64,000 bases of DNA. It comes from Deltaproteobacteria bacterium (lineage in GTDB: Bacteria > Desulfobacterota > Desulfarculia > Adiutricales > Adiutricaceae). The position numbers and the translations under genes are program-made. Under the pieces are notes generated by a model. That model was not told the DNA's origin. It ran no database searches and saw nothing but the letters and a program-made list of their open reading frames with translations. This document shows positions 45,186 through 55,077 of the stretch, piece after piece (the first letter of the stretch is position 1; each line of letters starts with the position of its first letter). The stretch covers positions 2,517 to 66,516 of the forward strand of contig JAITKA010000139.1 in the NCBI GenBank assembly GCA_031278635.1. The letters are read 5' to 3'.

Positions 45186-45938
45186 CTAGATATACCCGGC
45201 GTAGAGGCTTAGGATCCAGTTAAGGACCTCGGACTCGAGCTTGGCGAAGTCCATGTCCCGCTGCCTGGGCCTGGGCAGGCTGATTTTCAAATCCTGTGAG
45301 ATACGGCCGTTCTCCAGGAGAATGACCCTGTCGGCCAGCGTGATGGCCTCGGCCACGTCATGGGTCACCAAAAGGGCCGTAAAGCCACGGCTGGCCCACA
45401 CCCTTTCCACCAGGGCCTGCATCCCTATCCTGGTCAGGGCGTCCAGGGCGCCCATGGGCTCGTCCAGCAGCAACAGTTTGGGGGAGTGGGCCAGGGCCCT
45501 GGCCAGGGCCACCCTTTGCCTCTGGCCGCCCGAGAGCGTCCTGGGCCAGTCGCCCTGCCGGAGCCCCAGACCCACGTCCCCCAAGGCTGTCATGGCCACC
45601 CGTCGCCAGTCCCCGGCGAGGCCCAGGCCGACGTTTTCCAAAACGGTTTTCCAGGGCAGTAGCCTGTCCTCCTGGAACATGATCCTGGTGTCCGGGTTCA
45701 GATCCGACCGGGGCTCCCCGTCGACCGAAACGCTCCCCTCGTCCGGGGCCTCAAGGCACCCCAGAAGCCTCAGCAGGGTCGTCTTGCCGCAGCCGCTGCG
45801 GCCGACCACCGCCGTGAACTCCCCCGCCTTAAGCTCGAAGCTGAGCCCGTTCAGGACGGAGGTCTGGCCGTAGGCCTTGGACAGCCCCTCGGTCCTTACC
45901 CCCGCTCCCCCGCCAGGGCCTTTAATGTCATATTCCAT
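45186..45938 (-). CDS. ssuB: aliphatic sulfonate ABC transporter ATP-binding protein
   Basis: Walker A 'GRSGCGKTTLL', signature 'LSGGQRQRVALARAL', 'LLLLDEPMGALDALTR'; in an operon with ssuA/ssuC-like genes. Confidence 0.8.
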   Translation of the reverse strand: MEYDIKGPGGGAGVRTEGLSKAYGQTSVLNGLSFELKAGEFTAVVGRSGCGKTTLLRLLGCLEAPDEGSVSVDGEPRSDLNPDTRIMFQEDRLLPWKTVLENVGLGLAGDWRRVAMTALGDVGLGLRQGDWPRTLSGGQRQRVALARALAHSPKLLLLDEPMGALDALTRIGMQALVERVWASRGFTALLVTHDVAEAITLADRVILLENGRISQDLKISLPRPRQRDMDFAKLESEVLNWILSLYAGYI

Positions 45939-46115
45939 GCTTTGCCCTTTCGCGGCTCCCGCCGGGGGCCAGCCCCGGCGCCCGCCGGGGCCTGGGCCTA
46001 AAATTACGGGTCATTCTGGGTTAGCGAAATTTCCCGGGGAAATGCGCGGTTAGGCGGCCAGCCCGCCCGGATAAATGGGTTCGGGCGATTAGAAACGATA
46101 AGCCGTAAGCTTCCG

Positions 46116-46937
46116 CTAGGCCGCGTTGACCGCCCGCCAGGATAAAAAGCGCCTCTCCAGGGCCCTGGCCACCACGTCGGCCAGCTTGCCCAAAAAGGCG
46201 TATATGAGGATGGTCAGGACAATGACGTCCGTTTGCATCATCTCCCTCGCGTTTGAGGCCATGTAGCCCAGGCCGCTGGAGGCGGCTATGGTCTCGGCCA
46301 CGATCAGGGTCATCCACATGACGCCAAGGGAGAACCTGACCCCGACAAGGATCGACGGGAGGGCCCCGGGCAAGATGACGTGCCGCCAAAGGGCCAGGCG
46401 ATCCAGGCCGTAGACCCTGGCCATGCTTATCAGGTTAAGGTCGACCGAGCGGATGCCGTGGAAGGTGTTCAGGTAGATGGGAAAGGTCACCCCGCAGACG
46501 ATCAGGAAAACCTTGGCCTTCTCCCCTATGCCGAACCAAATGATGACCAGCGGAAGGAGGGCCAGATTGGGGATCGTTCGGACCATCTGAAGGGTGGTAT
46601 CCAGTAGCGTCTCCATGAAGCGCCAGGTGGCCGTGACCAAGCCGAGGGTGAGGCCGATGCTCCCGCCGATCAGGAAACCCAGGCCGGCCCTCGCGCAGCT
46701 GACCTTCACGTTCTCAAGGAGCTCGCCGTTCATGAGGAGCCGCACGAAAGCCCGGAAAACGTTCAGGGGGGAGGGCAGGATCCTGGGGTTTATCCAGCCC
46801 ATGTTCGCGGCTATCTGCCAGTAGACGATCAAGACGATCGGGAGAAGCCAGGGCGTTAGCCGCTTCCTGAACTTTTTGAGTATCAAGCCGCCCCCGGGGT
46901 TTACCCGGGGGGGCTTTGGCTGGGGGTTACCGGTCAT
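46116..46937 (-). CDS. ssuC: aliphatic sulfonate ABC transporter permease
   Basis: ATG at 46937, 12 nt after the upstream stop; 'ARVYGLDRLALWRHVILPGALP...VAETIAASSGLGYM'. Confidence 0.8.
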   Translation of the reverse strand: MTGNPQPKPPRVNPGGGLILKKFRKRLTPWLLPIVLIVYWQIAANMGWINPRILPSPLNVFRAFVRLLMNGELLENVKVSCARAGLGFLIGGSIGLTLGLVTATWRFMETLLDTTLQMVRTIPNLALLPLVIIWFGIGEKAKVFLIVCGVTFPIYLNTFHGIRSVDLNLISMARVYGLDRLALWRHVILPGALPSILVGVRFSLGVMWMTLIVAETIAASSGLGYMASNAREMMQTDVIVLTILIYAFLGKLADVVARALERRFLSWRAVNAA

Positions 46938-46948
46938 GGCCAGGGTTC

Positions 46949-47914
46949 TTACTTTCCGGCCCAAACCGGGACGTCGCTGACCTTTATGGCCTTGGGCAGA
47001 AGCTTTTCGGTCACGAAAATGTCGGCGATTTTCTGCTCCTCGGCCAGGGCCACGGAATCGACCGGGGCCACGGCGTAGCTACGCCTGCTGTTGCCCAGTT
47101 TAACGATTTCCTTGTCAAGGCCGACCAGCGGGGCCTGGACGTCGGCGGCCGCGTCGGGGTTGGCCTTAACCCACTGGCCGATCTTGGTCAGCTCCTCGGC
47201 TATGGTCTGGGCGATCTCGGGGTTCCCCGCGAGGAAAGTGGTCGAGATGGGATAAAACCTCGTGTAGGTGACCCCGGTGGTCGAGCCGTCGTCTATCTTC
47301 CTCGCCCCGGACTGGATCTCCACCGTCGCCAGGAACGGGTCCCAGGTGGCCCAGGCGTCTATGGCCCCGGACTCGAAGGCCGTCCTGGCGTCGGCGGGCT
47401 GGAGATACGATATCGCCACGTCCTTGTCGAAAACGAGCCCGGCCTGCCCCAGGGCCTGGACCGTCAGGTAATGGGCGCCCGAGGCCTTGGCCACGGCCAG
47501 TTTCTTGCCCTTAAGGTCCTTGGTCGTCTTGATGGGGGAATCCTTGGCCACCACTATGCCTTCCGCCGTGGGCGAGGGCTTTTCCTGCAGGAAATAGGTA
47601 TACTCCGTCCCCGCCGACTGGGCGAACAGCGGCACCGTGTCGGCCACGTCCGCCGAGAGGTCCAGGGCCCCGACGTTCAGGGCCTCGACCATGGGGAGGC
47701 CCGAGGTGAACTCGTTCCATTCCACGGTCACCCCCTTGGGCCCGAGGACCTTTTCCAGGGTGCCCTGCCCCTTCAAAAGGATCAAAAGGGTGGACGACTT
47801 TTGGTAGCCGATGCGAACCTTCTTGTCCTGGGCCTCCGAGGGCTTGCCAAAAACCAAGCCCAGGGAAATCAAAAACGCCAAAACAGATACGAAAAATAAC
47901 CTTGTTTTCATCAT
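46949..47914 (-). CDS. ssuA: aliphatic sulfonate ABC transporter substrate-binding protein
   Basis: 'KVRIGYQKSSTLLILLKGQGTLEKVLGPKGVTVEWNEFTSGLPMVEALNVGALDL' fits the SsuA family pattern; signal peptide 'MMKTRLFFVSVLAFLISLGLVFG'; start at 47914 or 47911. Confidence 0.8.
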   Translation of the reverse strand: MMKTRLFFVSVLAFLISLGLVFGKPSEAQDKKVRIGYQKSSTLLILLKGQGTLEKVLGPKGVTVEWNEFTSGLPMVEALNVGALDLSADVADTVPLFAQSAGTEYTYFLQEKPSPTAEGIVVAKDSPIKTTKDLKGKKLAVAKASGAHYLTVQALGQAGLVFDKDVAISYLQPADARTAFESGAIDAWATWDPFLATVEIQSGARKIDDGSTTGVTYTRFYPISTTFLAGNPEIAQTIAEELTKIGQWVKANPDAAADVQAPLVGLDKEIVKLGNSRRSYAVAPVDSVALAEEQKIADIFVTEKLLPKAIKVSDVPVWAGK

Positions 47915-48093
47915 GTCCTCCGAAAAAGTGATAAAAAAATTATCCATAATATACAAATCGTAAATTATCTTATATAAGCAGACAAAAACACTTTTCACCT
48001 GCCAATATATGCTATCTTACGACATGCCTAACCCTGGACCCAGGCCCCCGCCCTCCCGGCCGGGGGCCCTTTCGCCCCCAAGCCCACTGGCAA

Positions 48094-48130
48094 TAAAAAA
48101 AGGCCGCGAAACCCTTAGGTCTCGCGGCCT
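48094..48130 (-). terminator. intrinsic terminator after the oxidoreductase operon
   Basis: minus strand reads AAGGCCGCGAgacctaagggttTCGCGGCCTttttttt. Confidence 0.7.
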
Positions 48131-48442
48131 TCAATATCTTGATCGGCCAATGGCTTAAATCGTTTTTTTTTAACGGGCCCGCGAAAGAACGCCTTGGTTT
48201 TTCGCGGCCGGCTTGGGAACCTTACTCGCTAACGCCCAACCAATCGGCTTAACCCCGGGACGCTTCGCGCCGCCGGTGGGGATTTGGCCTGGACGACTTG
48301 ACATTGGGACTATGTTAACTTCAAAAAAAGCGAACGTCAACAAAAATCCGCCACGTCGCCCCCGCCCTTGGCCAAGGTTTCCGCCCGCCCCCGGGGCGAA
48401 AGCGTAAACCTTATTTTCATGGGGGGGGCTTGCGGGCCACGG

Positions 48443-48973
48443 TCACTCCAGCTCCAGGGACCGCCCCAGCTCCAGGGCGGCCAGGTTCACCTCCCGCCCC
48501 CGCTTGGATAGTTCCGTCACCGCCTGCCGGAGGCAGTCGAAAGGCAGGAAATCCAAGAGCTTGGCGATGTGGCCCAGGGCGACCATGTTGGCGGCCTGTT
48601 CCGTCCCCAGGGACTCGATGGCAATCCGCCTCGCCGGCAAGGCCAACTGGTGGGTCAGGCCCTCGGTGGGCTCAACGAGGTCGCTATCGTAGAGGGTGAG
48701 CCCGTTCAGGGCCATGCCCCTGAAGCGCTCGTAGGCGGCCTGGGAGAGGGCCAGGAAAACGTCGGCCCTTTCGACCACGGGGCTATCGATCTCGCCGTCC
48801 GATATGACCAGCTGGCTCCTGACGTACCCGCCCCTGGTCTCGGTCCCGTGGCTGATAAGCATGGTGGCCTCAAGGCCGCCGTGGACGGCGGCGAGGCCCA
48901 GGGAACGGCCGGCCAGGACCACCCCCTGGCCCCCGAAACCGCTGATTAAAATCTCCCGCCTGAAGCTATTCAT
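48443..48973 (-). CDS. 2-oxoacid:ferredoxin oxidoreductase gamma subunit
   Basis: 'ILISGFGGQGVVLAGRSLG...TETRGGYVRSQLVIS'; ATGA overlap with the beta gene. Confidence 0.85.
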   Translation of the reverse strand: MNSFRREILISGFGGQGVVLAGRSLGLAAVHGGLEATMLISHGTETRGGYVRSQLVISDGEIDSPVVERADVFLALSQAAYERFRGMALNGLTLYDSDLVEPTEGLTHQLALPARRIAIESLGTEQAANMVALGHIAKLLDFLPFDCLRQAVTELSKRGREVNLAALELGRSLELE

Positions 48974-49869
48974 TTCTTGGCCCCCTGGCCGGTACCGACC
49001 GGATCGGGGCCGTCCCGGTTCAGGTTTTTGGTCCAGTCCTTCAGGCTCTGGGAATAATCGGCCCTGGAGCCCGAGGCGTCGACGTACAGGCCCCTTTTAA
49101 GCTTAAGGAAGCCGGGGTCGACCCTCCGGTTCAGCCGCTCGAGATCGGGGTTTTCGGCCCCGGGCTCGAATAGGCCCTTGAACCACGTGATGACCTTGCC
49201 CTTGTCCCGCTCCGAGAGGCTGACCGCCCCGAAATGGGTAAGGCAGGGGTAGATGAAATGGACCAGGGAAAAGCCGGGGTTTAGGAGGGCCCGCTTCACG
49301 TTTTCCACCGAGGCCTTCCCGTCCAGGCTCAGGTGCCTCGCCAGGAAGGTCGCCCCCGCCGCCTTCAGGATCTCCAAAATATCCAGCTCGGGCCCCAGCC
49401 AGCCCGTCTCCCCCAGGCCGTAGGGGCTGCTGTCGGTGACCGACCCGGGCGGGGTGGTCAGCCCGAACTGCCCGCCCGTGGACTGGTAGCCGAAATTGTC
49501 GGCGACTATGACCGTCATGTCCAGGTTTCGCCTCGCGCAGTGCAGGAGGTGCTTAAGCCCTATGCCGAAGGCGTCCCCGTCCCCCACGGTCAGGACGATT
49601 TTTTTCTCCCTGGGGAGGGCCATCCTGAGGCCCGCGGCCAGGGCGTAGACCCGGCCGTGGGTCCCGGCGAAATTGTCGCCCTTCCAGGTGTTAAACGTCT
49701 GCCGCCCGGCGCAACCTATGCCCGTCCCCCAGACGACGTCATGGACATTGAGCCCCAGCTCGTCCATGGCCAAAAGGACCCGCTTGTGGACCTGCCCCAG
49801 GCCGCAGCCCGAACAGGCCGTGCTGGGGATCTTTTTTGGCCTTAAATATTTCTCCGAAAGCTTATCCAT
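48970..49869 (-). CDS. 2-oxoacid:ferredoxin oxidoreductase beta (TPP-binding) subunit
   Basis: 'CSGCGLGQV', 'GIGCAGR', 'VGDGDAFGIGLKHLLH', 'DNFGYQSTGGQ'. Confidence 0.88.
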   Translation of the reverse strand: MDKLSEKYLRPKKIPSTACSGCGLGQVHKRVLLAMDELGLNVHDVVWGTGIGCAGRQTFNTWKGDNFAGTHGRVYALAAGLRMALPREKKIVLTVGDGDAFGIGLKHLLHCARRNLDMTVIVADNFGYQSTGGQFGLTTPPGSVTDSSPYGLGETGWLGPELDILEILKAAGATFLARHLSLDGKASVENVKRALLNPGFSLVHFIYPCLTHFGAVSLSERDKGKVITWFKGLFEPGAENPDLERLNRRVDPGFLKLKRGLYVDASGSRADYSQSLKDWTKNLNRDGPDPVGTGQGAKK

Positions 49870-49945
49870 CGCGGCCCCCTGGCCCCTCCCTTACGGCCGG
49901 CCCTGGCCGGGCCCCCGTTCGCCTTGCCACAAAATAACCCGACCC

Positions 49946-51112
49946 TCACCAGGCCTCCCGGACGTTCTTTATCGGCCGGGGCCTCCCGCCGCCGAACAGC
50001 GATCGGGCGATCTCCAATAGTTCCGAGACCGTGGGCAGTTCCCCGCAGCGGCCGAGGAAATGCACCCTCCCGCCCGAGGCCCTCTGGACTTCCCTGACCA
50101 GCTGGCCGTCGTGGTTCAATTCCACCACCAGGTGGATCTTGTCCTTCTTGAAGAGGGCGTCCTGGAAAGGCCACAGCGATTTCAGGCTTATGGCCCCGAC
50201 CCTCAGGCCCTTGGCCCGGCCCTCCTTGACCGCCTTGCGGACGACCCTGGACGGGCTCCCGTAGCTGACCAGCACCACCGGCGGATCGTCCTCCATGCGG
50301 GTCAAGACGCTCCGGTCGATCAGCTGGCGATTGTTCCTGATTTTGTAAATCAGCCGGTACGAGTGCTTCATCTGGGCCTCGATCTCCTCGGTGTCGTAGC
50401 CCTCCTCCGTGGGCGTCCAGTCGGAACAGGCCCCGCCCGTCCCCCTCCCCAAAACCACCGGCGGGATGTCGATCCCGTCGCTCCGTGGGTAGAAATCCGG
50501 CCCCTGGTGGGCCTTACGCTTTGGCAGGGGCAAACCGAGCCTCTCGAGCTCGAAGGCGTCCTCCGGGACCTCGAAGGCCTCCCAGCCATCGGTGACCAAC
50601 TGGTCGGCCAGAACGGTGACCGGGGTCCTGAACCTTTCCGCCAGCCGGAAGGCCTCGATGGTCAGCTCGAAGGCGTCCCGGACCCCCTCCGGGGCCAAAA
50701 CGATGGTCTCGAAATTGCCCCCGTGGGTCGGGTACCGCGACAGATAGAATTCCCCCTGGCCCGGGGCCCCGGTGATGCCGCTGACCGGCCCCACCCTCTG
50801 GGCGTTCAGGATGACCACGGGGATCTCGCTCCCGATGGCCCAGCCGTAAGGATCGGCGTAGAGGACGTAGCCCGGCCCGGAGGTCGAGGTCATGGCCCTC
50901 ATCCCGCCCATGGCCGCCCCCACGGCCATGTGGAAGGCGGCCGTCTCGTCCTCGGCCTGGAGGTAATAACCCCCGGCCATGGGCAGCCTCCTGGACATGT
51001 TCTCGGCGATCTCGGTCGCCGGGGTGATGGGATAGCCGCTGTAGAAATTAAGGCCGGCCAAAATGGCCGCTTCCGTGATGGCGGCGTTCCCGGTATCGAA
51101 GACTTTTCTCAT
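49946..51112 (-). CDS. 2-oxoacid:ferredoxin oxidoreductase alpha subunit
   Basis: 'GNAAITEAAILAGLNFYSGYPITPATEI'. Confidence 0.88.
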   Translation of the reverse strand: MRKVFDTGNAAITEAAILAGLNFYSGYPITPATEIAENMSRRLPMAGGYYLQAEDETAAFHMAVGAAMGGMRAMTSTSGPGYVLYADPYGWAIGSEIPVVILNAQRVGPVSGITGAPGQGEFYLSRYPTHGGNFETIVLAPEGVRDAFELTIEAFRLAERFRTPVTVLADQLVTDGWEAFEVPEDAFELERLGLPLPKRKAHQGPDFYPRSDGIDIPPVVLGRGTGGACSDWTPTEEGYDTEEIEAQMKHSYRLIYKIRNNRQLIDRSVLTRMEDDPPVVLVSYGSPSRVVRKAVKEGRAKGLRVGAISLKSLWPFQDALFKKDKIHLVVELNHDGQLVREVQRASGGRVHFLGRCGELPTVSELLEIARSLFGGGRPRPIKNVREAW

Positions 51113-51191
51113 GACCCCACCGCGAAATTAACCCTGACGTCAACGGACGAAAATTTTGAGCCCCCACAGGGGCTTACAGCCACTCGCCTCA

Positions 51192-51410
51192 CTAAACCGA
51201 CCTCGTGATTTCCAGGCAGAAATCGGGGCAGACCATGTAGCAACCCCGGCAACCCAAACAGTCATCCGGGCGGGCCACCACCGGCGGCCGGTAACCCTTG
51301 GCGTTATGGGCGGCCCCTGGATCGAACACGTCCTTCGGGCAGGCCTCCAGGCAATAGCCGCAGGCCTTGCAGGCGTCAAAATCAAGCTCTATGGAAAAAG
51401 CCTCTTTCAT
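51192..51410 (-). CDS. 2x[4Fe-4S] ferredoxin (oxidoreductase delta subunit)
   Basis: 'CKACGYCLEACP' and 'CLGCRGCYMVCP'. Confidence 0.85.
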   Translation of the reverse strand: MKEAFSIELDFDACKACGYCLEACPKDVFDPGAAHNAKGYRPPVVARPDDCLGCRGCYMVCPDFCLEITRSV

Positions 51411-51412
51411 CC

Positions 51413-53080
51413 CTATTCCTTCAGCCCATGGCCTTTTTCGGCCAGGGCCAGATACAAGTCCACCAGCTTCAGGCGCTGGATCTTACCGCTGGGCCCCTTC
51501 GGGAGATCGAGCCCAAAATAAAAACGCTTGGGGATTTTGTACGGGCTTAAATGCCTCTCGCAAACTTCCTTCAGGACCGGAAACGTAATCGACTGCCCGG
51601 GAGCGAGGTTTAAGAAGGCGACGATCTCCTCCCCGTAAAGCCGGTGCGGCACCCCGACGCAGGCCGCCGATTCCACCCCGGGGATTTTATACAGCACCTC
51701 GTCGATCTCCTGGGGCGAAATCATCTCCCCGGCCCGGTTTATCAGCTCCTTGACCCGGCCCGTCAAAAATAGGTACCCGTCACCGTCGAGCTTGCCCAAA
51801 TCCCCGGTCATGAACCACCCGCCCACGAAGGCCTCCCCGGTCGCCTTGCCGTCCCGCCAATAACCCGTGAACACGCTATCGCCCCTAATGCCCACCTGCC
51901 CGACCTCGCCAATCCCGGCCCGGCCGGACCCTTTAAACACGGCCACCTCAAGCCCGAAGGGAATCCCGGCCGAGCCCGCCTTTCTCCTCCCCGGTGGCAA
52001 GGGGTTGGAGGTCACCTGGCTCGCCGCCTCGGTGATGCCGTAAGACTCGATGACCGGAAGCCCGAGCTTCCTTTCGTATTCTTGCGACACCGCCACGGGC
52101 AAGGCCGACGAGGCCGAGCGGATGAACCTAAGGCTCCCCAACCGTTTTTTGCCCTCGCTTGCGGCCTTCCCCTTCCCCGTCGGGCGGTCCGGCAGCCCCT
52201 GGGCCAAAAGGATCGAGAGGATCGTGGGGACGGCGCTAACCCAAGTGACCCGGCACCGCTCCACCCAGTCCCAAAAACGGCTGGCGCTGAACCTCCCGGG
52301 CATGACCACCTGGCAGCCAACGTACAGCGGGGCCAGCAAGGTCACGACCAAACCGTTAACGTGGTTGAGGACCAGCACGCAAAGCGCCTTGTCTTCACCC
52401 GTGAGCCCGTGGGCCCTCTCGACGTTCCGGCATTCGGCCAACAAATTCCCGTGGCTCAGCATGACCCCCTTGGGCTTGCCGGTCGTCCCGGAGGTGTAGA
52501 GGATGATGGCCAAATCATCCGGCACGGGTGGATCGTCCGCCGCCAATGGCCCCCCTAACCACGGCGCGTCCTTAAGCCTTAACAATTCCAGGCCGGCCTC
52601 CCCAACCCCGGGGTCCCCAACCCCGGGGTCCCCAAGGCTTTGGGCCTCGAGTTTTATGCCCACCTTCCCGGCGAAGCCTATCCCGCCCCCTTCCCCGGCG
52701 TCGCGGGCGGCTAATTTTTCCGTGATTTCCCCGGCCAGGCCCTGGCTTACCAAAAGGCCCCTGGCCAACGAATGCCTCAAAATATGGGCCATCTCGGGCC
52801 CGCTGGCCCCGTGGGACACCGGCACGGCCACGAGGCCCGCCCCGAGCAAGGACAGTATGGCCGCGGACAGGGCCACCCCGTTGGGCCCGGCCACCAGGAC
52901 CCTGTCGCCCCTGGCCAGGCCGTTCTGGGCCAAAACCTCCCCGACGCTCCCGGCAATCCCGGCCAACCCCGCGAAACTCATGGCCAGGCCCGTGTCGGGC
53001 TCCGAGAGAAATATTCCCTCGCCCCCGTCCCGCGCCCTGACCCTTATCAAATCCCCTATGTGGCTTAATTCGGTAACCAT
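51413..53080 (-). CDS. AMP-dependent synthetase/ligase (acyl-CoA synthetase family)
   Basis: 'ILYTSGTTGKPKGV'. ATG at 53080 (TTG at 53086 is the alternative). An in-frame 15-bp duplication at 52600-52629 gives 'GDPGVGDPGVG'. Confidence 0.85.
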   Translation of the reverse strand: MVTELSHIGDLIRVRARDGGEGIFLSEPDTGLAMSFAGLAGIAGSVGEVLAQNGLARGDRVLVAGPNGVALSAAILSLLGAGLVAVPVSHGASGPEMAHILRHSLARGLLVSQGLAGEITEKLAARDAGEGGGIGFAGKVGIKLEAQSLGDPGVGDPGVGEAGLELLRLKDAPWLGGPLAADDPPVPDDLAIILYTSGTTGKPKGVMLSHGNLLAECRNVERAHGLTGEDKALCVLVLNHVNGLVVTLLAPLYVGCQVVMPGRFSASRFWDWVERCRVTWVSAVPTILSILLAQGLPDRPTGKGKAASEGKKRLGSLRFIRSASSALPVAVSQEYERKLGLPVIESYGITEAASQVTSNPLPPGRRKAGSAGIPFGLEVAVFKGSGRAGIGEVGQVGIRGDSVFTGYWRDGKATGEAFVGGWFMTGDLGKLDGDGYLFLTGRVKELINRAGEMISPQEIDEVLYKIPGVESAACVGVPHRLYGEEIVAFLNLAPGQSITFPVLKEVCERHLSPYKIPKRFYFGLDLPKGPSGKIQRLKLVDLYLALAEKGHGLKE

Positions 53081-53655
53081 TTCCAACGCCCCGCCATAAC
53101 CTTTGGCAGATTCGCATGCCTTGAACGATAGACAAAAGAGCCAGGCCCGAGGTTTTTGGGGACAAAAACCTTAATGGCCTGGCGTTTTTCGCCTCAACCC
53201 TTATCTAGGCGCTGGTTTCCCGATACGACCCTTACGGGGGATGGGCCACTTGCGGGCCCGCCGCTTTTGCCATGGCCCGGAAAATACCCGGCCATCCCCT
53301 GACGACCGCTCCCATGGGGCACTTTAAAACCGCGTTTCGGGTAAGGGAGCCAATCGATCGGCCCCCTCGCGAGAGGGCCCAAAAACCACCCCCGCCGGTC
53401 CCCGGGCGGCAAGCCTTGGCGGGGCGGGGACCATGTGCTCCCCGACCGGCGGCGAATGGCATCGCGATTTAACGAAAGCCACTCTCCCCGATTACGTGCC
53501 AGCGGATTTAAAATACTTTAGCCGCGGAGGCGGCGTCTGTCAAGCCAATCTTTTCACGGAAAGACCATCTTATGGAGCATAAATTACCGTTAAGTCGCAA
53601 AATTACGCTACCATACGCTAATCTTAAATCCCGTCTTGACCCAATCTGGGTCTGT

Positions 53656-53740
53656 CGAAATTATCGGCCGGGCGAAATTATCGGCCATGCGAAACCACCG
53701 GCCATGCGAAACTACCGCACCCGCGAAATTATCCTCACCT
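53656..53740. repeat. 17-bp degenerate tandem repeat, 5 copies, noncoding
   Basis: Units start at 53656, 53673, 53690, 53707 and 53724: cgaaattatcggccggg / cgaaattatcggccatg / cgaaaccaccggccatg / cgaaactaccgcacccg / cgaaattatcctcacct. Confidence 0.8.
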
Positions 53741-53956
53741 TGGTCGATTCCCTATCCAGGGCGCCCACAAAACCCCAAATGCCGCCTGGGACCTACCCCC
53801 GGCGGGATACGCGGGCGACAAAAAAATCCCTGCCCCCGCCTGTGAACCTAAGAATACAACCTTGACTTAGGTGACCGTTTTCTGTACATTTTACTGAACC
53901 AAGCACCAGGCCGCGTCTCATCCATTTTCGTAACCATTCCGCAAGGAAAAGCGATT

Positions 53957-54277
53957 ATGTCTCAGCGAAACCAATATCACGCCCCGGCTGGCGATATAAT
54001 TCGCTGCCCCTCATGCGGCAAACTCGTACAACTCCCGGCCCTGGACTGCCCCTATTGCCGGGTCGATTTAAAGGAAGCCACCGCCCCCAAAAAACCCAGG
54101 GTCGGTTTTTTTCGCTACTTATTTAGCGCGATAACGATTCTTTTATTCCTCGCCATCGCCGGTTGGTTGATCCACAAGGCCATCTACGGCGGCCCCATCG
54201 TCCCGCCATTCTTGCAAGACGTCATCCCTCACCAAGTAACCGATTTGATAAACAAATTCATGAAGCTTTTTAAGTAA
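53957..54277 (+). CDS. zinc-ribbon membrane protein (hypothetical)
   Basis: AAGGAAAA RBS; 'CPSCGKLV...CPYCRV' zinc ribbon followed by one TM segment 'FFRYLFSAITILLFLAIAGWLI'. Confidence 0.5.
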   Translation: MSQRNQYHAPAGDIIRCPSCGKLVQLPALDCPYCRVDLKEATAPKKPRVGFFRYLFSAITILLFLAIAGWLIHKAIYGGPIVPPFLQDVIPHQVTDLINKFMKLFK

Positions 54278-55077
54278 CTAGGCTTTAAACGCTAACCTTT
54301 TCACCTTATTATTAACCATAAGTTATCCCATTAAGGTACCGTCGCAAGACTTTTGACCGCCATCCGCCAAGGCCTGATTCATTCGCGATTAGGGCTTTTT
54401 TTCGCCCTCGTAAACCACATAACTTCCTTAATAGCCTAATAATATTTAACTTGCCGCTCATCAGGCTTCGTTAATTTACCGAGATCACGATAATTTTCTT
54501 GCAGTATATTTTACTTGCCAATCGCAACATACTATAATCATGCTAACTATCTAGTTAATAATCTAGCAAATTAGCGATTTCGACGTTTAATCTTTACGTC
54601 ACCGTGCCCGCAAAAAATACCCGCTAAATTTTACCTAAGCCGTACTTAGACAATATGGCGTAATTTCTAAAAATTTCTCCTTACGTTCAAAAGCGACGTC
54701 CTTCAAAAAATGTCTCGGGTCACGGCGGAAAATCGGGGGCAAGAATTTTGCCATTGGCCAATTTGCTCCCTTAACCACGGGCCATATCCTATCGACCCGC
54801 GAAGAGTCCACCATCGGGGATTAACCAAAATAATTTTCTGATAATGGCCCGATAAAATATGCCGTTTTGACCGCTTTGGGCGTTTCCCAGGTTTGAGAAA
54901 ATTAGCGTCGGGAAATTTACGACGCGCGAATTTGTCCCGGGCGATTCTCATCGAAAGCCTGACCATGATAATTCTCAGTTCCCGTTGGCCGCCCTTTGCC
55001 TATCGCTTATTTTTAACTACCTAATTTTTCTAAACTTAATCATTAATCGCTAGCGGGTTACCAAGAAAGTAAAAACG

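Noticed and set aside
54703-54966. Small ORFs in AT-rich spacers (54703-54966 -, 37818-38117 +, 55694-55876 -, 63075-63401 -, 60455-60867 -) as genes or transposase relics.
   Set aside because: They have no RBS support, no recognisable domain and basic low-complexity products. I could not tie them to any family, and blastx would be needed to decide whether they are relics.
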